Positions 8,371 through 17,398 of a DNA stretch of 64,000 nucleotides are shown here, in pieces. The stretch's first letter is position 1, and each line of letters starts with the position of its first letter. The DNA is from a virus. Below the pieces are notes generated by a model. It was given only the letters and a program-made list of their open reading frames with translations. It was not told the DNA's origin and did not search any database. Made by a program: the position numbers and the translations under genes. The stretch lies in the IMG/VR virus record IMGVR_UViG_3300045051_000531; one strand, 5' to 3'.

Positions 8371-8634
8371 ATGGCCGTGCTCATCACTGCGGACGGAAAC
8401 ATCACCGACGTCGCGCTGTCGCCAGAGGCGAGTATGGATGAGCTCATCAAGCTTGTCGGCGGGGTACCGTACGTGGACTACGAGCACAAGACACCGTACA
8501 GCACCGTGCTGATATCGACTGATCAGGACGGTCCGTTGAATCAGCGGGCTACCGAGTTGTTCAAGGCGCCCGTGTATGGGTCCGTGCTGCTCGTCGGTGA
8601 TGACCACGGGTTCGGGCCGCTGGAGTGGCGGTAG
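8371..8634 (+). CDS. DUF3846-like protein
   Basis: MDELIKLVGG...PLNQRATEL...YGSVLLV pattern. Confidence 0.55.
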   Translation: MAVLITADGNITDVALSPEASMDELIKLVGGVPYVDYEHKTPYSTVLISTDQDGPLNQRATELFKAPVYGSVLLVGDDHGFGPLEWR

Positions 8635-8658
8635 CGTCACGGTTCTGGCCACGTACAA

Positions 8659-8816
8659 TGCAGGCGCCGAGGAGGTTCGTCATGGCGCACTGCAGGACGT
8701 TCGGTTCCGGGGTCTCGGCATAGTGGACGGCCCGGACCGGTCCCTAAACCTGTAGCCCGCAGGTAATCCTGTAGAGAGGCACGAGAGCCGCACCACGAGG
8801 TGCGGCTTCTCCGTCT
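8659..8816 (+). ncRNA. candidate structured RNA / 5' leader
   Basis: 193-nt gap in a densely packed genome with several helices (8659-8694, 8706-8736, 8760-8771, 8783-8811) after TACAAT (8654-8659); no family assignment. Confidence 0.35.
8682..8723 (+). CDS. possible 13-aa leader peptide MAHCRTFGSGVSA
   Basis: AGGAGG at 8670-8675, ATG 8682, TAG 8721-8723. Confidence 0.3.
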   Translation: MAHCRTFGSGVSA

Positions 8817-8827
8817 AGAAAGGAACG

Positions 8828-9190
8828 ATGCCTTACACAGATCGGATCCAGGAGTTGCAAGGTGAGGTCGGCACCCGGGCTTCCAAGCTGCTCGCGATGT
8901 ACCGCGAGCTCGGGGATACCGGTGGGACCTTTAGCGTTCAGGACGTCACCGTTACGGTCTCGCCACGACAGGGGGACCAGCTCGATAGCCGCGATGTCGA
9001 CGAGCTCCTGGACACCATCAGCCGTGATGCTGATGTCCTAGTCCAGCGAGGTGAGAACTCCATGGAGCTCTTGCTCGGGGTTCTGCTGTTACGGGCTCCA
9101 GGCGCTGTCCTAGCGCAGATCGCGGAAGACTTCAGGGACGCCGTTGTCGGCGAATCTGAAGGCCAGTCTCATATCAATTTACAGCAGTAG
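8828..9190 (+). CDS. hypothetical protein
   Basis: 120 aa, AGAAAGGA RBS. Confidence 0.8.
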   Translation: MPYTDRIQELQGEVGTRASKLLAMYRELGDTGGTFSVQDVTVTVSPRQGDQLDSRDVDELLDTISRDADVLVQRGENSMELLLGVLLLRAPGAVLAQIAEDFRDAVVGESEGQSHINLQQ

Positions 9191-9200
9191 GAGGCCAAGC

Positions 9201-10073
9201 ATGGCACTGCAGCCGTGCCCGGCTTATTATGCCGGGCCTGAGAAGTTCATTCGTAACTGGGCCAGGTTCACCAGAGGGCTCCCGGTCGAGATGCCGGTGG
9301 CCAACGAGTTCCCGACGTTCGATGCTTCACTTGTTCAGGCCAGAGATATCTGCAGCAAGTTCCTGAGTTTCGAGGGCCACGTCTTTCCGGCTGGGCTAAC
9401 CGATGCGGCTGCTCGTCGGACATATCTGACCCGTGATTTCGATTCGAACGCGAACGCCTTGCGGATCGATCAGGCCAGGTTGGGTGAGTACGTCGATGCG
9501 TTGGACCGCTACATCATCGAAAACATCGGTCCAGCCCAGATCAATAAGTCGCTTCTCGAGGATTTCTTCCTCGAAGGCGACCCGGCCAAGTTCATCGTCG
9601 AGGGAATCCATGTCTCGGTACCGCATCTCGAGCACTGCTTCCACTCGCTTGGCGGCATCAGCCGTGAATACCAGATCGACGGTCACCGGTTGCTCGGTCC
9701 GGTACCAGCCATACCGCGGTTCATCGTCGACATCAAACTGCTGAACGGGGTCAAACCCGGCGGTGGTTATGATGCCGAGCTCTGGGCGCCGTTCGCCATT
9801 GGGAACTGCGTCCCTGATACGGAGCCCGGGCGCTACAAGCTTCTGCTTGACTCGCCGTTGTGGCACATGTTCAGAACGGCCTGGAAGATGTCGAGGTTCC
9901 CGAACGCCAGCGCTAGGGCGCTTGGCCCGCGTGGCATGCTCCCGTTGGCGCATGGTTTCACGGCCTGGCTGACCCGTCGGATGTCGTCCGCCAACTGGCG
10001 CACCCTGTTCAAGGGTCCGCTCATGAATGACATCGTTGAGAAAGGATACCAGCTTGGCAACTCTCTCTTCTAA
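9201..10073 (+). CDS. hypothetical protein, shared-N-terminus paralog 1
   Basis: GGAGG RBS; YAGPEKFIRNWARFTRGLPVEMP. Confidence 0.8.
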   Translation: MALQPCPAYYAGPEKFIRNWARFTRGLPVEMPVANEFPTFDASLVQARDICSKFLSFEGHVFPAGLTDAAARRTYLTRDFDSNANALRIDQARLGEYVDALDRYIIENIGPAQINKSLLEDFFLEGDPAKFIVEGIHVSVPHLEHCFHSLGGISREYQIDGHRLLGPVPAIPRFIVDIKLLNGVKPGGGYDAELWAPFAIGNCVPDTEPGRYKLLLDSPLWHMFRTAWKMSRFPNASARALGPRGMLPLAHGFTAWLTRRMSSANWRTLFKGPLMNDIVEKGYQLGNSLF

Positions 10074-10830
10074 ACCGCCAAGCCCGAGTCACTACACGGA
10101 TCCGGCTCAGTTCGTGAGGAACTGGGCCCGGTTCTCGCGTGGCCTTCCGGTCGAGATACCGGAGCGTCCGGGTTGCAGCCGGGTCCAGCATCTCCAGGCG
10201 TGGGATGAGGTCATGGTGAGGGTCTGGGCTCTGTGTCCAGAGTTACGGATCACTGACGACGCCGATCACACCCTCTCGACCGACGAGAGCATTCGGGCAC
10301 TGGTGATCGTTGATGAGTTCTTACAAGCCACGGCCTCAGCCGAGATCATGAATAAAGAGATCGCGAGGTTAGCCGACTTCACTGACTTCCGTAAAGACGG
10401 GAAGGACCCGATCGTGGTGACCAGGGTAGCCTTGGCTCAGAACGAGGTCAGACTGGTTACCTTGGCAAGACCAGGGGCTCCGTTCAGGAAGGTCGCCGCG
10501 GTTCTGCCGCCGTTGTACGTGCATTACTCCTGTGATCAGTTGGACATCGAGGAGATCATCGGTGACGACTACGAGGAAGATAATGACGACATCAACAGCC
10601 GAAACGGCTGGGTCGGGACGCGTAATTCGACGCATATGGTAGACGTCAACCCTGGTCACACGATGCACTGGCCGGATCACAACTTCTGCGATGTTCCGAT
10701 CATGGATGAGACCCCCGATAGCGCCTCTCTGGCAACGACGTGGGCAGTCAGTTTACTCGATCACGTGTACAGCGAGGACATCTGGACGAGGTACTTCGGT
10801 ACCGAGTTCGGGAAGAAGTTCGAGGCATAA
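10054..10830 (+). CDS. hypothetical protein, shared-N-terminus paralog 2
   Basis: TTG 10054 after AGAAAGGA; YTDPAQFVRNWARFSRGLPVEIP. Confidence 0.8.
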   Translation: MATLSSKPPSPSHYTDPAQFVRNWARFSRGLPVEIPERPGCSRVQHLQAWDEVMVRVWALCPELRITDDADHTLSTDESIRALVIVDEFLQATASAEIMNKEIARLADFTDFRKDGKDPIVVTRVALAQNEVRLVTLARPGAPFRKVAAVLPPLYVHYSCDQLDIEEIIGDDYEEDNDDINSRNGWVGTRNSTHMVDVNPGHTMHWPDHNFCDVPIMDETPDSASLATTWAVSLLDHVYSEDIWTRYFGTEFGKKFEA

Positions 10831-10839
10831 GGAGACCAG

Positions 10840-11631
10840 ATGCCAGACATCCAAGTGAAGGCTCCGGTTGCTCACGACTACAAGGAGCCCGGGGAGTTCA
10901 TCAATGCGTGGAGACGGTTCACGCTCGGTAAAGAGATCCCGCCGCCAACGGCGGATGCTGTCGTCAAGTTCCGCGACTTCGCCAAGTTGATCCACGACAC
11001 CGCAGCCGCGTTCATGCATACCAGGACAGAGAACCAGTACCGGTACTTCTGGTCTCACTTCCCGGCTCGTGTGACGTTCGCCGAGCTCATGGATCCAGCG
11101 TACATCGAGCAGCGTAACGTCGGGCCTGCCACCATCGGTGAGTTCATATCCAATAAGCTTGAGGAGCACATTCGGGCGCAGGTTATGCCAGCTATGCACC
11201 GGCTGTGCAGGAAGGTTTGTTCGTTCAGGAAGTTGCACGTTCACCTCACTACACCTTTCGATTACACGATCCAGCATAGCCCGGAGCTCTTCAGTCGTCT
11301 CGACTTCGGGGAGCCGTGTACGTTCGGGTTGATGTGCAAGCTCAGTTTCGAGTTCGTACCGCCTCGGTGTCAGAACCGACGCAGCATGACCATCGGGGCG
11401 CCACGGGATCTCGTAACCTGGGCGCGACAGTTCCCTGGTGGGGTCTACGAAGCCTTGGCATGGCTCGCCATCGATGCCAGCCGGTCCTACCACCAGGGCC
11501 GGCACAGAGGTAACCGGGAATACGACTACGTCGTCGGTTCCGATCCGCAGTTCTGGGTTCCAAACGCAGGTAAGGTGGAAGCTCGCTTGCTTGCTCCACA
11601 GCTCCGTCCGTTCGTCCGTACGAATCCTTAG
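10840..11631 (+). CDS. hypothetical protein, shared-N-terminus paralog 3
   Basis: AAGGAG RBS; YKEPGEFINAWRRFTLGKEIP. Confidence 0.8.
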   Translation: MPDIQVKAPVAHDYKEPGEFINAWRRFTLGKEIPPPTADAVVKFRDFAKLIHDTAAAFMHTRTENQYRYFWSHFPARVTFAELMDPAYIEQRNVGPATIGEFISNKLEEHIRAQVMPAMHRLCRKVCSFRKLHVHLTTPFDYTIQHSPELFSRLDFGEPCTFGLMCKLSFEFVPPRCQNRRSMTIGAPRDLVTWARQFPGGVYEALAWLAIDASRSYHQGRHRGNREYDYVVGSDPQFWVPNAGKVEARLLAPQLRPFVRTNP

Positions 11632-11645
11632 AAGAGAAAGACACC

Positions 11646-12173
11646 ATGCCCGAAGATACCCCCATCCACACCGTGACCGCGACGTCCACGTTCCAGGTCA
11701 CCTCGAAGCTCCTCCGTCGCCTCGCCTCGAACGAGGAGGACATCCTGAAGGAGACCCTGGAGGGCGGCGGTCGTGACTGCTCGTCCGATCTGCTGATCTA
11801 CGACATCACCAAGGGCGACTGGCGCGCCCCCGGCACCCTGATCGCCTGGAGCCCGAACGACGAGCGCACCGACGAGATCGAGACCGCGTTCCTGAACGCC
11901 GCCATCGTGTTCGCGAAGGCCTACGTCGCGAACAAGGATGACCCCGAGAAGAACGCCAAGCCGGTGGTCCAGGAGGGCTGGCTCTGGGTCGACGAGGGCG
12001 TCATCCTGGACTGGATCAAAGGCGTCGTGGTCGACCACGGTCTCCAGGCGTTCTGCAACGGGGCCCTGACGGACATGGCCGCCGACCCGGCTGTCGACGG
12101 CTGGCCGTTCGAGATCGATGACGAGCTCCTCTACGAGTCCTTCGTCCGCCACGTCATGAAGAAGGATGACTGA
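11646..12173 (+). CDS. hypothetical acidic protein
   Basis: 175 aa, GC3-rich. Confidence 0.8.
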   Translation: MPEDTPIHTVTATSTFQVTSKLLRRLASNEEDILKETLEGGGRDCSSDLLIYDITKGDWRAPGTLIAWSPNDERTDEIETAFLNAAIVFAKAYVANKDDPEKNAKPVVQEGWLWVDEGVILDWIKGVVVDHGLQAFCNGALTDMAADPAVDGWPFEIDDELLYESFVRHVMKKDD

Positions 12174-12411
12174 GGAAACCAGATGGCTCGGTGCACTAAG
12201 GCGTGGCGACCACGCCTTAGTGCACTACTGGCAACCTAACGCGATCCGCTGTTTCTGTGGGGTCGTCCGTAAGGACGACCCCCGGTTGCAGCGGCTCAGC
12301 GGAACCGATCTTGCCAGGATCCCATGGAGACCTTGCAGGAAGTGCGGGGTCCCGACGATCGATGCGATAGCGAAGGTAATCCTACCAGCCCAACCACAGG
12401 AGGTATCATGA
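12166..12411 (+). CDS. hypothetical protein with Cys motifs
   Basis: CFCG and CRKCG; overlaps both neighbours. Confidence 0.55.
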   Translation: MTEETRWLGALRRGDHALVHYWQPNAIRCFCGVVRKDDPRLQRLSGTDLARIPWRPCRKCGVPTIDAIAKVILPAQPQEVS

Positions 12412-12989
12412 ACGATGTGATCCGCGAAGCCGCGGACATTACGCGCCGTATCGGCGAGATCGAGAAGCAGAAGGAGGCCCTGTCCACCCAGTTCCGCTCG
12501 TTGGGAGACCAACAGGAAAAGCTGGCCAGCCGCCTGAACGACTTCAAGGGCGAGCTCATCGGGAAAGGGCTGTTCGAGGGGACCATGCAGACCAACAGTC
12601 TGTACCGGACCCGGAACGGTTCCCTGGTCATGGCCATGCAGCCCTGCGATGTCCTCCCTGGCGTCATGGGATCGGTGTGCGATGTTGCCGTGCTGCGCGG
12701 TGGTCACGGCATCGACAAGGTCCGCGGCAACAGGCCTGGTTCGACGTACGCGGTTCAGTGGCGGTTCCCGACACCCGAGGAAGCCGCGGCGACGAAGTCG
12801 GCCGAGGAGGATGACGAGATCCCCGAGGAGATCCGCAAGCTGCTGGCCAGGCGTCGGCGTCACGCCGAAGACGACGAGCTCGTCGTCAACGAGGCCCCCG
12901 ATATCTGGCGACTGGACGGTGCCAGCTTCATGGGGATGTACGGCATGGGGATCGCCGCCTTCGTGAGCTCCGTCGAGTTGCCGACGTGA
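12408..12989 (+). CDS. hypothetical protein, N-terminal coiled coil
   Basis: ATG 12408 after AGGAGG. Confidence 0.8.
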   Translation: MNDVIREAADITRRIGEIEKQKEALSTQFRSLGDQQEKLASRLNDFKGELIGKGLFEGTMQTNSLYRTRNGSLVMAMQPCDVLPGVMGSVCDVAVLRGGHGIDKVRGNRPGSTYAVQWRFPTPEEAAATKSAEEDDEIPEEIRKLLARRRRHAEDDELVVNEAPDIWRLDGASFMGMYGMGIAAFVSSVELPT

Positions 12990-13309
12990 CCGAAGTTCCT
13001 GCCAAGCGGGTCATCGTGACTGAGCACGCCAGGTTGCGTGCTCGGGAGCGGTTCCCCGCTTTGCGGGGACGCTCGGATCGATACCTGAACTCGGTGCTCA
13101 CAGCGATAGCGTTCCAGGGTCCACTGTACGGGGAGTCCGTTGTGGTCGGGCATGAGTACAGGCACGGCAGCCATGGACCGGCACGGGACGTCGTGATCTG
13201 TGTCAGACCGGATCAGGACGATCCCACCAAGCTCATGGTGGTGACCGCGCTCACCGAGGCCGAGGTGAAACGAGCAGGTCCATTTAGACCAGGTAGCCAG
13301 ATCACTTGA
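12986..13309 (+). CDS. DUF4258/BECR-like small protein
   Basis: VTEHARLRARERF ... LMVVTAL pattern. Confidence 0.45.
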   Translation: MTEVPAKRVIVTEHARLRARERFPALRGRSDRYLNSVLTAIAFQGPLYGESVVVGHEYRHGSHGPARDVVICVRPDQDDPTKLMVVTALTEAEVKRAGPFRPGSQIT

Positions 13310-13354
13310 GTCCAATCTATTGCAGTTAGAACGTCACCCCGCTATGGAGGCCCG

Positions 13355-13933
13355 ATGACTGAGCTCCGCCAGAAGATCACCACGTTGTTCTCGCTCGCCG
13401 GAGCTGGTCTTGTGGTCACCCTGCTGACCCCTGCGAGGTATGCCGAGGCGGCCTCGTACGATCCCGTGCCCGTACGGCCCGAAATGGTCGTACCCTACCC
13501 GCCGGACGTCCCGGAGGAGATCGTGGTTCCAGCGCGCCCGGAGTGCCCCTCGCGGGTCATCCGGATGCGGGTCACGGCGTGTTCCCCGCAGGACCCCCAG
13601 GACGCCGAGTACTACGCCCGGCACGGCTATGAGGGTGGCATCTACGGGATCGCGGCGTACACCAAGCAGTTCCCTAAGGGGACCCTTATGAGGGTTTCCG
13701 GGTACCTGGATAAGTCCTACCCGGACAAGTTCTGGTCGGTCGATTCGGCAGGTGGCTCCGTGATCCGGCGTAGCGCCCGGTCAGGGGTTCCCCACATCGA
13801 CGTCAAGTTCAGGACCTACTACACCGCGCAGCGCTGGGGGAACCGGTGGATCGACGTCGAGGTCATCGACGCCGACGACTACAGGGCCTGGCAGCGAGCC
13901 GCGGCGGAGTGGGATCGTCTCTACGCCAAGTAG
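13355..13933 (+). CDS. exported 3D-domain (MltA-B/RlpA-like) protein
   Basis: Hydrophobic leader ending AEA; RVTAC..IAAY..FPKGT..VDSAGG..HIDV..AQRWG. Confidence 0.7.
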   Translation: MTELRQKITTLFSLAGAGLVVTLLTPARYAEAASYDPVPVRPEMVVPYPPDVPEEIVVPARPECPSRVIRMRVTACSPQDPQDAEYYARHGYEGGIYGIAAYTKQFPKGTLMRVSGYLDKSYPDKFWSVDSAGGSVIRRSARSGVPHIDVKFRTYYTAQRWGNRWIDVEVIDADDYRAWQRAAAEWDRLYAK

Positions 13934-13940
13934 GAGAACC

Positions 13941-14561
13941 ATGCCCCTTACCCGGCTGAGTCGTGCGGAGCTCCCGCACATCGTCTATTTCCGTTCCCCG
14001 GTTCAGATGTGCCAGCGTGTCGGCACCATCGATACCTACGATCCCAAGGTCGACCGGCTCTTCGAGCAGGGCAACTATCTGATCAAGGACATCATCACGG
14101 GGCGGCGCTACGGGATCCCGATCAAGGAGACCAGGCACCCGAATCCGGACAAGATCAAGGGGGTCTACAGTCTGGATCTCTGCTTCGACATCGAGACGGC
14201 ATGGCGGGACTACTGGCACACCCAGGCCTATGAGACCCACCGCAAGCTGACCAAGTTGGACGTCGGAGCCTTCTTCGACATCGGTGTTGGTGATGGAGCC
14301 GCGTACTATGTCGTCACCATGATGCGCCGGCTCCGGTGCTTCGTGGAGTGGCGCGGGTTCAGCGGTGACGAATGGGCCGACCACCATTTCGGGTACGGTG
14401 GCTGGTTCCTGAACCGCGAGATCCAGGGGTACTGCTCGTTCCAGCCTCCGATCTTCGGCTACGAGAAAGTCGGAGCCGAGCGGTCCTGGGAGCAGCTCGA
14501 AGCCGAGGGGTTGGTCCCCAAGGATGTCCTGGAATCAAACCAGAAAATGCAGGTGGCCTGA
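13941..14561 (+). CDS. hypothetical phage protein
   Basis: 206 aa; GVGDGAAYYVV..VEW..GYGG. Confidence 0.8.
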   Translation: MPLTRLSRAELPHIVYFRSPVQMCQRVGTIDTYDPKVDRLFEQGNYLIKDIITGRRYGIPIKETRHPNPDKIKGVYSLDLCFDIETAWRDYWHTQAYETHRKLTKLDVGAFFDIGVGDGAAYYVVTMMRRLRCFVEWRGFSGDEWADHHFGYGGWFLNREIQGYCSFQPPIFGYEKVGAERSWEQLEAEGLVPKDVLESNQKMQVA

Positions 14562-14794
14562 TGACCCAGAAGTGCGTCACGATCTGCGATACCTGTCACT
14601 ACGAACAGGATCACTCCCAACTCATGTTCGGGTCGGGACGCGCCATGTACCCGGACGGCGAGTTCATGGGGATCCAGCGGCATATCTGCGAGACCTGCCA
14701 GGAGCTCCGGAGACACAACGAGATCAACAAGATGTTCAGTAAGTTTCGCGAAGATCTCAAACTCGGACTCACCGACAAGCCGGAGAAACCATGA
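14561..14794 (+). CDS. small Zn-ribbon-like protein
   Basis: CDTC ... HICETC. Confidence 0.7.
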   Translation: MTQKCVTICDTCHYEQDHSQLMFGSGRAMYPDGEFMGIQRHICETCQELRRHNEINKMFSKFREDLKLGLTDKPEKP

Positions 14795-14958
14795 CGGACC
14801 AAGAACTCGTTGCCGATGCCCGGCGCAAGCTGGAGCTCGGCCTCGATAGCCTCAAGATGGTGGAGAACCGCACCGCGGATGTCTCCCACGCCATCATCAA
14901 GCTGGAGTCAGCGCTCCGCGGGATCGATGACTACGAGAAGAAGAAACCCGAGAAGTGA
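14791..14958 (+). CDS. hypothetical protein (55 aa, not in ORF track)
   Basis: MTDQELVADARRKLE...; ATGA and GTGA overlaps on both sides. Confidence 0.7.
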   Translation: MTDQELVADARRKLELGLDSLKMVENRTADVSHAIIKLESALRGIDDYEKKKPEK

Positions 14959-15311
14959 TCGATAAGTACTGCCAGAAGTGTGGGGCACCGTACCAGGAAG
15001 GTTCGGTGCCCCACGAGTGCCCGAAGCCAGCGCTGACGGTGTCGCCGTTCCTGATTGCTCAGGCTCCGTCGCTACACGACGTCGACGAGCTCCTCGCTGA
15101 TATCGACGCCATGCTGAACTGCATCAGCATGGGAGCCAAGTTTCTGGATGACATCGTGGTGACCCACAAACGGATCCGCGAGATGCGTAACAAGATCGCT
15201 GTGGCCAAGACCGCTATGTTCATGGTTGGTTACGCGGACACCGGGTGCCACTGCGCCGAAGTCCCGTTTCCGCACCGACACGGGGTCAACGGGATCGAGC
15301 CGTTGCAGTGA
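14955..15311 (+). CDS. hypothetical protein
   Basis: CQKCG and CHC motifs. Confidence 0.65.
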   Translation: MIDKYCQKCGAPYQEGSVPHECPKPALTVSPFLIAQAPSLHDVDELLADIDAMLNCISMGAKFLDDIVVTHKRIREMRNKIAVAKTAMFMVGYADTGCHCAEVPFPHRHGVNGIEPLQ

Positions 15312-15484
15312 GCCATCCGATCACGCACGTCATCGAGCAGCTCATCGGGCTCGATGGGGCCACGGAGTCAGAAGTTCAGGAAGCCCTATGGGCTATGACA
15401 AAACCGCTCAAGGAGGTCACACTAGCTGACGTCGCGGAAGAGATCCGGAGACGTCGCGCCGAAGCCAAGGAGAACCCTGCATGA
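15308..15484 (+). CDS. hypothetical protein
   Basis: GTGA/ATGA overlaps. Confidence 0.6.
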   Translation: MSHPITHVIEQLIGLDGATESEVQEALWAMTKPLKEVTLADVAEEIRRRRAEAKENPA

Positions 15485-15687
15485 ACCTGACACCAGGTGT
15501 CCAAGAGCTCTTCGACCACCATCTCGAAGATCTCAAGAAGCTCATCGCCGATAAGCAGAAGGCTGCGGCCGGACTGCAGTGGGGGTCCATGAGGACCATC
15601 TTTGCCCCATTTCCTGATCTCATGAAACAGCTGGAGCCCTACCTGGCCCAGTACCACGCCCTGCCTGGAGTCCGGCATGGTTCGTGA
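15481..15687 (+). CDS. hypothetical protein
   Basis: 68 aa in gene chain. Confidence 0.65.
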   Translation: MNLTPGVQELFDHHLEDLKKLIADKQKAAAGLQWGSMRTIFAPFPDLMKQLEPYLAQYHALPGVRHGS

Positions 15688-16438
15688 TCTCCTCATCCAG
15701 GCTGTGGTCGCCGTCAAGGAGCTCCGTAACAACGCCATGGGGAGCCAGGACGAACTCGCCGCGTTCGTAACCGCGAACCCCAAGTTGGCCTGGGAGTTCA
15801 TCAGCATCCTCATGGATACCGCGGAAGCCGTGGATCCGATCAAGGGGATCCTGGACTACGATCAGGATCCCGTGGATCTGGAGACCGCCGATTTCGCGAC
15901 GGGGTACTGTATCGCGCAAACCGATCGTAACGGGCTGTTCAACAAGCCATGCAAGGTTATCGGAGGGATCTCTCACGCCGTTGGTGAACGCGTCAGGCGT
16001 TACGGCATCGTGGAACCAGGCGATGGCGACTACCTGACCTGGAACACCTGGCAGGAAGCCAACGCGGTGTTGGAGTCCATGGAGCCCGACATCAGAGCGG
16101 CGTTCCGGGTGTTCCCTGTGCTGTTGGCGTTCGGTGTCGAGGCCAAGCGGGTCAAGCCGCGGGACGAACGTCCCGAGACGATCGATCTGCCGCCGGCCAA
16201 GGCGCCGTCAGAGGACGAGATCAGGTGTCCGCACTGCAACGAGGTCTACGTGCTCCCCGAGGTCGCCGAGCTGAACTGCGAGAACTACGGGACCACCGGC
16301 TTCAACCTGAAGCACAGCTGTGGGCACGTCATCCGGGTTCTCACGGGCCGCGAGGTCAAGGTCTACGGCATCGAGCGGGCTCCACCGACGGCCACCGATG
16401 ACTTCGGTGAGGGGGCCACGGACCCCGCGAAGAAGTGA
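15677..16438 (+). CDS. hypothetical protein with C-terminal Zn ribbon
   Basis: CPHC ... HSCGH. Confidence 0.75.
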   Translation: MVRDLLIQAVVAVKELRNNAMGSQDELAAFVTANPKLAWEFISILMDTAEAVDPIKGILDYDQDPVDLETADFATGYCIAQTDRNGLFNKPCKVIGGISHAVGERVRRYGIVEPGDGDYLTWNTWQEANAVLESMEPDIRAAFRVFPVLLAFGVEAKRVKPRDERPETIDLPPAKAPSEDEIRCPHCNEVYVLPEVAELNCENYGTTGFNLKHSCGHVIRVLTGREVKVYGIERAPPTATDDFGEGATDPAKK

Positions 16439-16818
16439 TCATCATCTATCCGGACGGCCGGATCGAGAACGTGACGTACACCGACTACACCTCGATCCAC
16501 GCGGCCGTGAATCCGCCTGGCCGCGATGATGCCTTCACGGCTGTGCCGCTCCGGGAAAGCCACCGGTGCGGGTACACCGTGTACGTCAACGAGGTCGGGC
16601 TCCACACCAACATGCCGGTGAACGAGTTCGCCGAACGGCTGTGCGACTACGCGCCTCTCGTTGGTCCAGCGGTCATCGTGACCCACGAGGAATCCAACGA
16701 AACCGATCTGCTCGGTGACCTGATCCCGGAGTGCCGGGAGTCCTTCAAGCGGAGGCTCGGGCAGGTTATCCTGTGGGCCAAGGAAGCCGTAGCCAAAGCG
16801 AAGGCGCAGGAGAACTGA
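16435..16818 (+). CDS. DUF3846-like protein
   Basis: VYVNEVGLHTNMPVNEFA..LVGPAVIV. Confidence 0.6.
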   Translation: MIIIYPDGRIENVTYTDYTSIHAAVNPPGRDDAFTAVPLRESHRCGYTVYVNEVGLHTNMPVNEFAERLCDYAPLVGPAVIVTHEESNETDLLGDLIPECRESFKRRLGQVILWAKEAVAKAKAQEN

Positions 16819-17180
16819 TGCCGGATCCACAACAGGCGATCATCATTCAGCTCGAAGAGAAGATCATCGAGTTGGAGATCAAGCTCAGGGTGGCCAACGA
16901 GCTCCGCGAAAAGGCTCAGATGGAGCGCAACGCGATCCGTGCGGAGTGCAACAGGATCTGGATCCGGAGGGTCACTGATATGCGCAGGATCTACCGGAGA
17001 TTCTACGCGATCACCAAGCTCTACGTGGATTCCGTGACCTGCTACTATCTCCTTGCCCAGATGGGGATGCCTCAGCCTGAGCACCCCGAGCGGACCAAGT
17101 TGTGGCAGGAGCTCGTCATGGCATTACACGACTGCAACCCGGGCCCGAAACCCGTGAAGAAGGAGGAAGATCCCGGATGA
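16818..17180 (+). CDS. hypothetical coiled-coil protein
   Basis: TGATG overlap. Confidence 0.7.
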   Translation: MPDPQQAIIIQLEEKIIELEIKLRVANELREKAQMERNAIRAECNRIWIRRVTDMRRIYRRFYAITKLYVDSVTCYYLLAQMGMPQPEHPERTKLWQELVMALHDCNPGPKPVKKEEDPG

Positions 17181-17398
17181 CGACGTTCTTTCAGCCCAAG
17201 TTCGAAACGGGTGTCAAGGGGCGCACCATCGTCGGCTGCGTCGACGTCGCCATGTGTGATGGTGACCGGTGGCCTGGTCTCATGCTCGATGATGGCTCCT
17301 ACATCCTGATCCAGTCCGATGGTGAAGGTAACAGCGGCGGTTTCATGGAACTCAGCGATAAGACCGGTAAGCGTATCGGTTGCGGGGGCATGAAATGA
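17177..17398 (+). CDS. hypothetical protein
   Basis: LMLDDGSYILIQSDGEGNSGG. Confidence 0.7.
   Translation: MTTFFQPKFETGVKGRTIVGCVDVAMCDGDRWPGLMLDDGSYILIQSDGEGNSGGFMELSDKTGKRIGCGGMK

Noticed and set aside
8666-8752. SAH riboswitch (GCCGAGGAG start, CTCGGC partner)
   Set aside because: Lacks the GAGCG/CGCUC pseudoknot and the CAGGCUCGG junction; short pairings are expected by chance at this GC content.
8741-8780. TPP riboswitch (AACCTG..CAGG-TAAT-CCTG..AGG resembles P4/P5)
   Set aside because: The essential CUGAGA J3/2 motif and GGGGUGC P2 context are absent. Kept only as an unassigned structured RNA.
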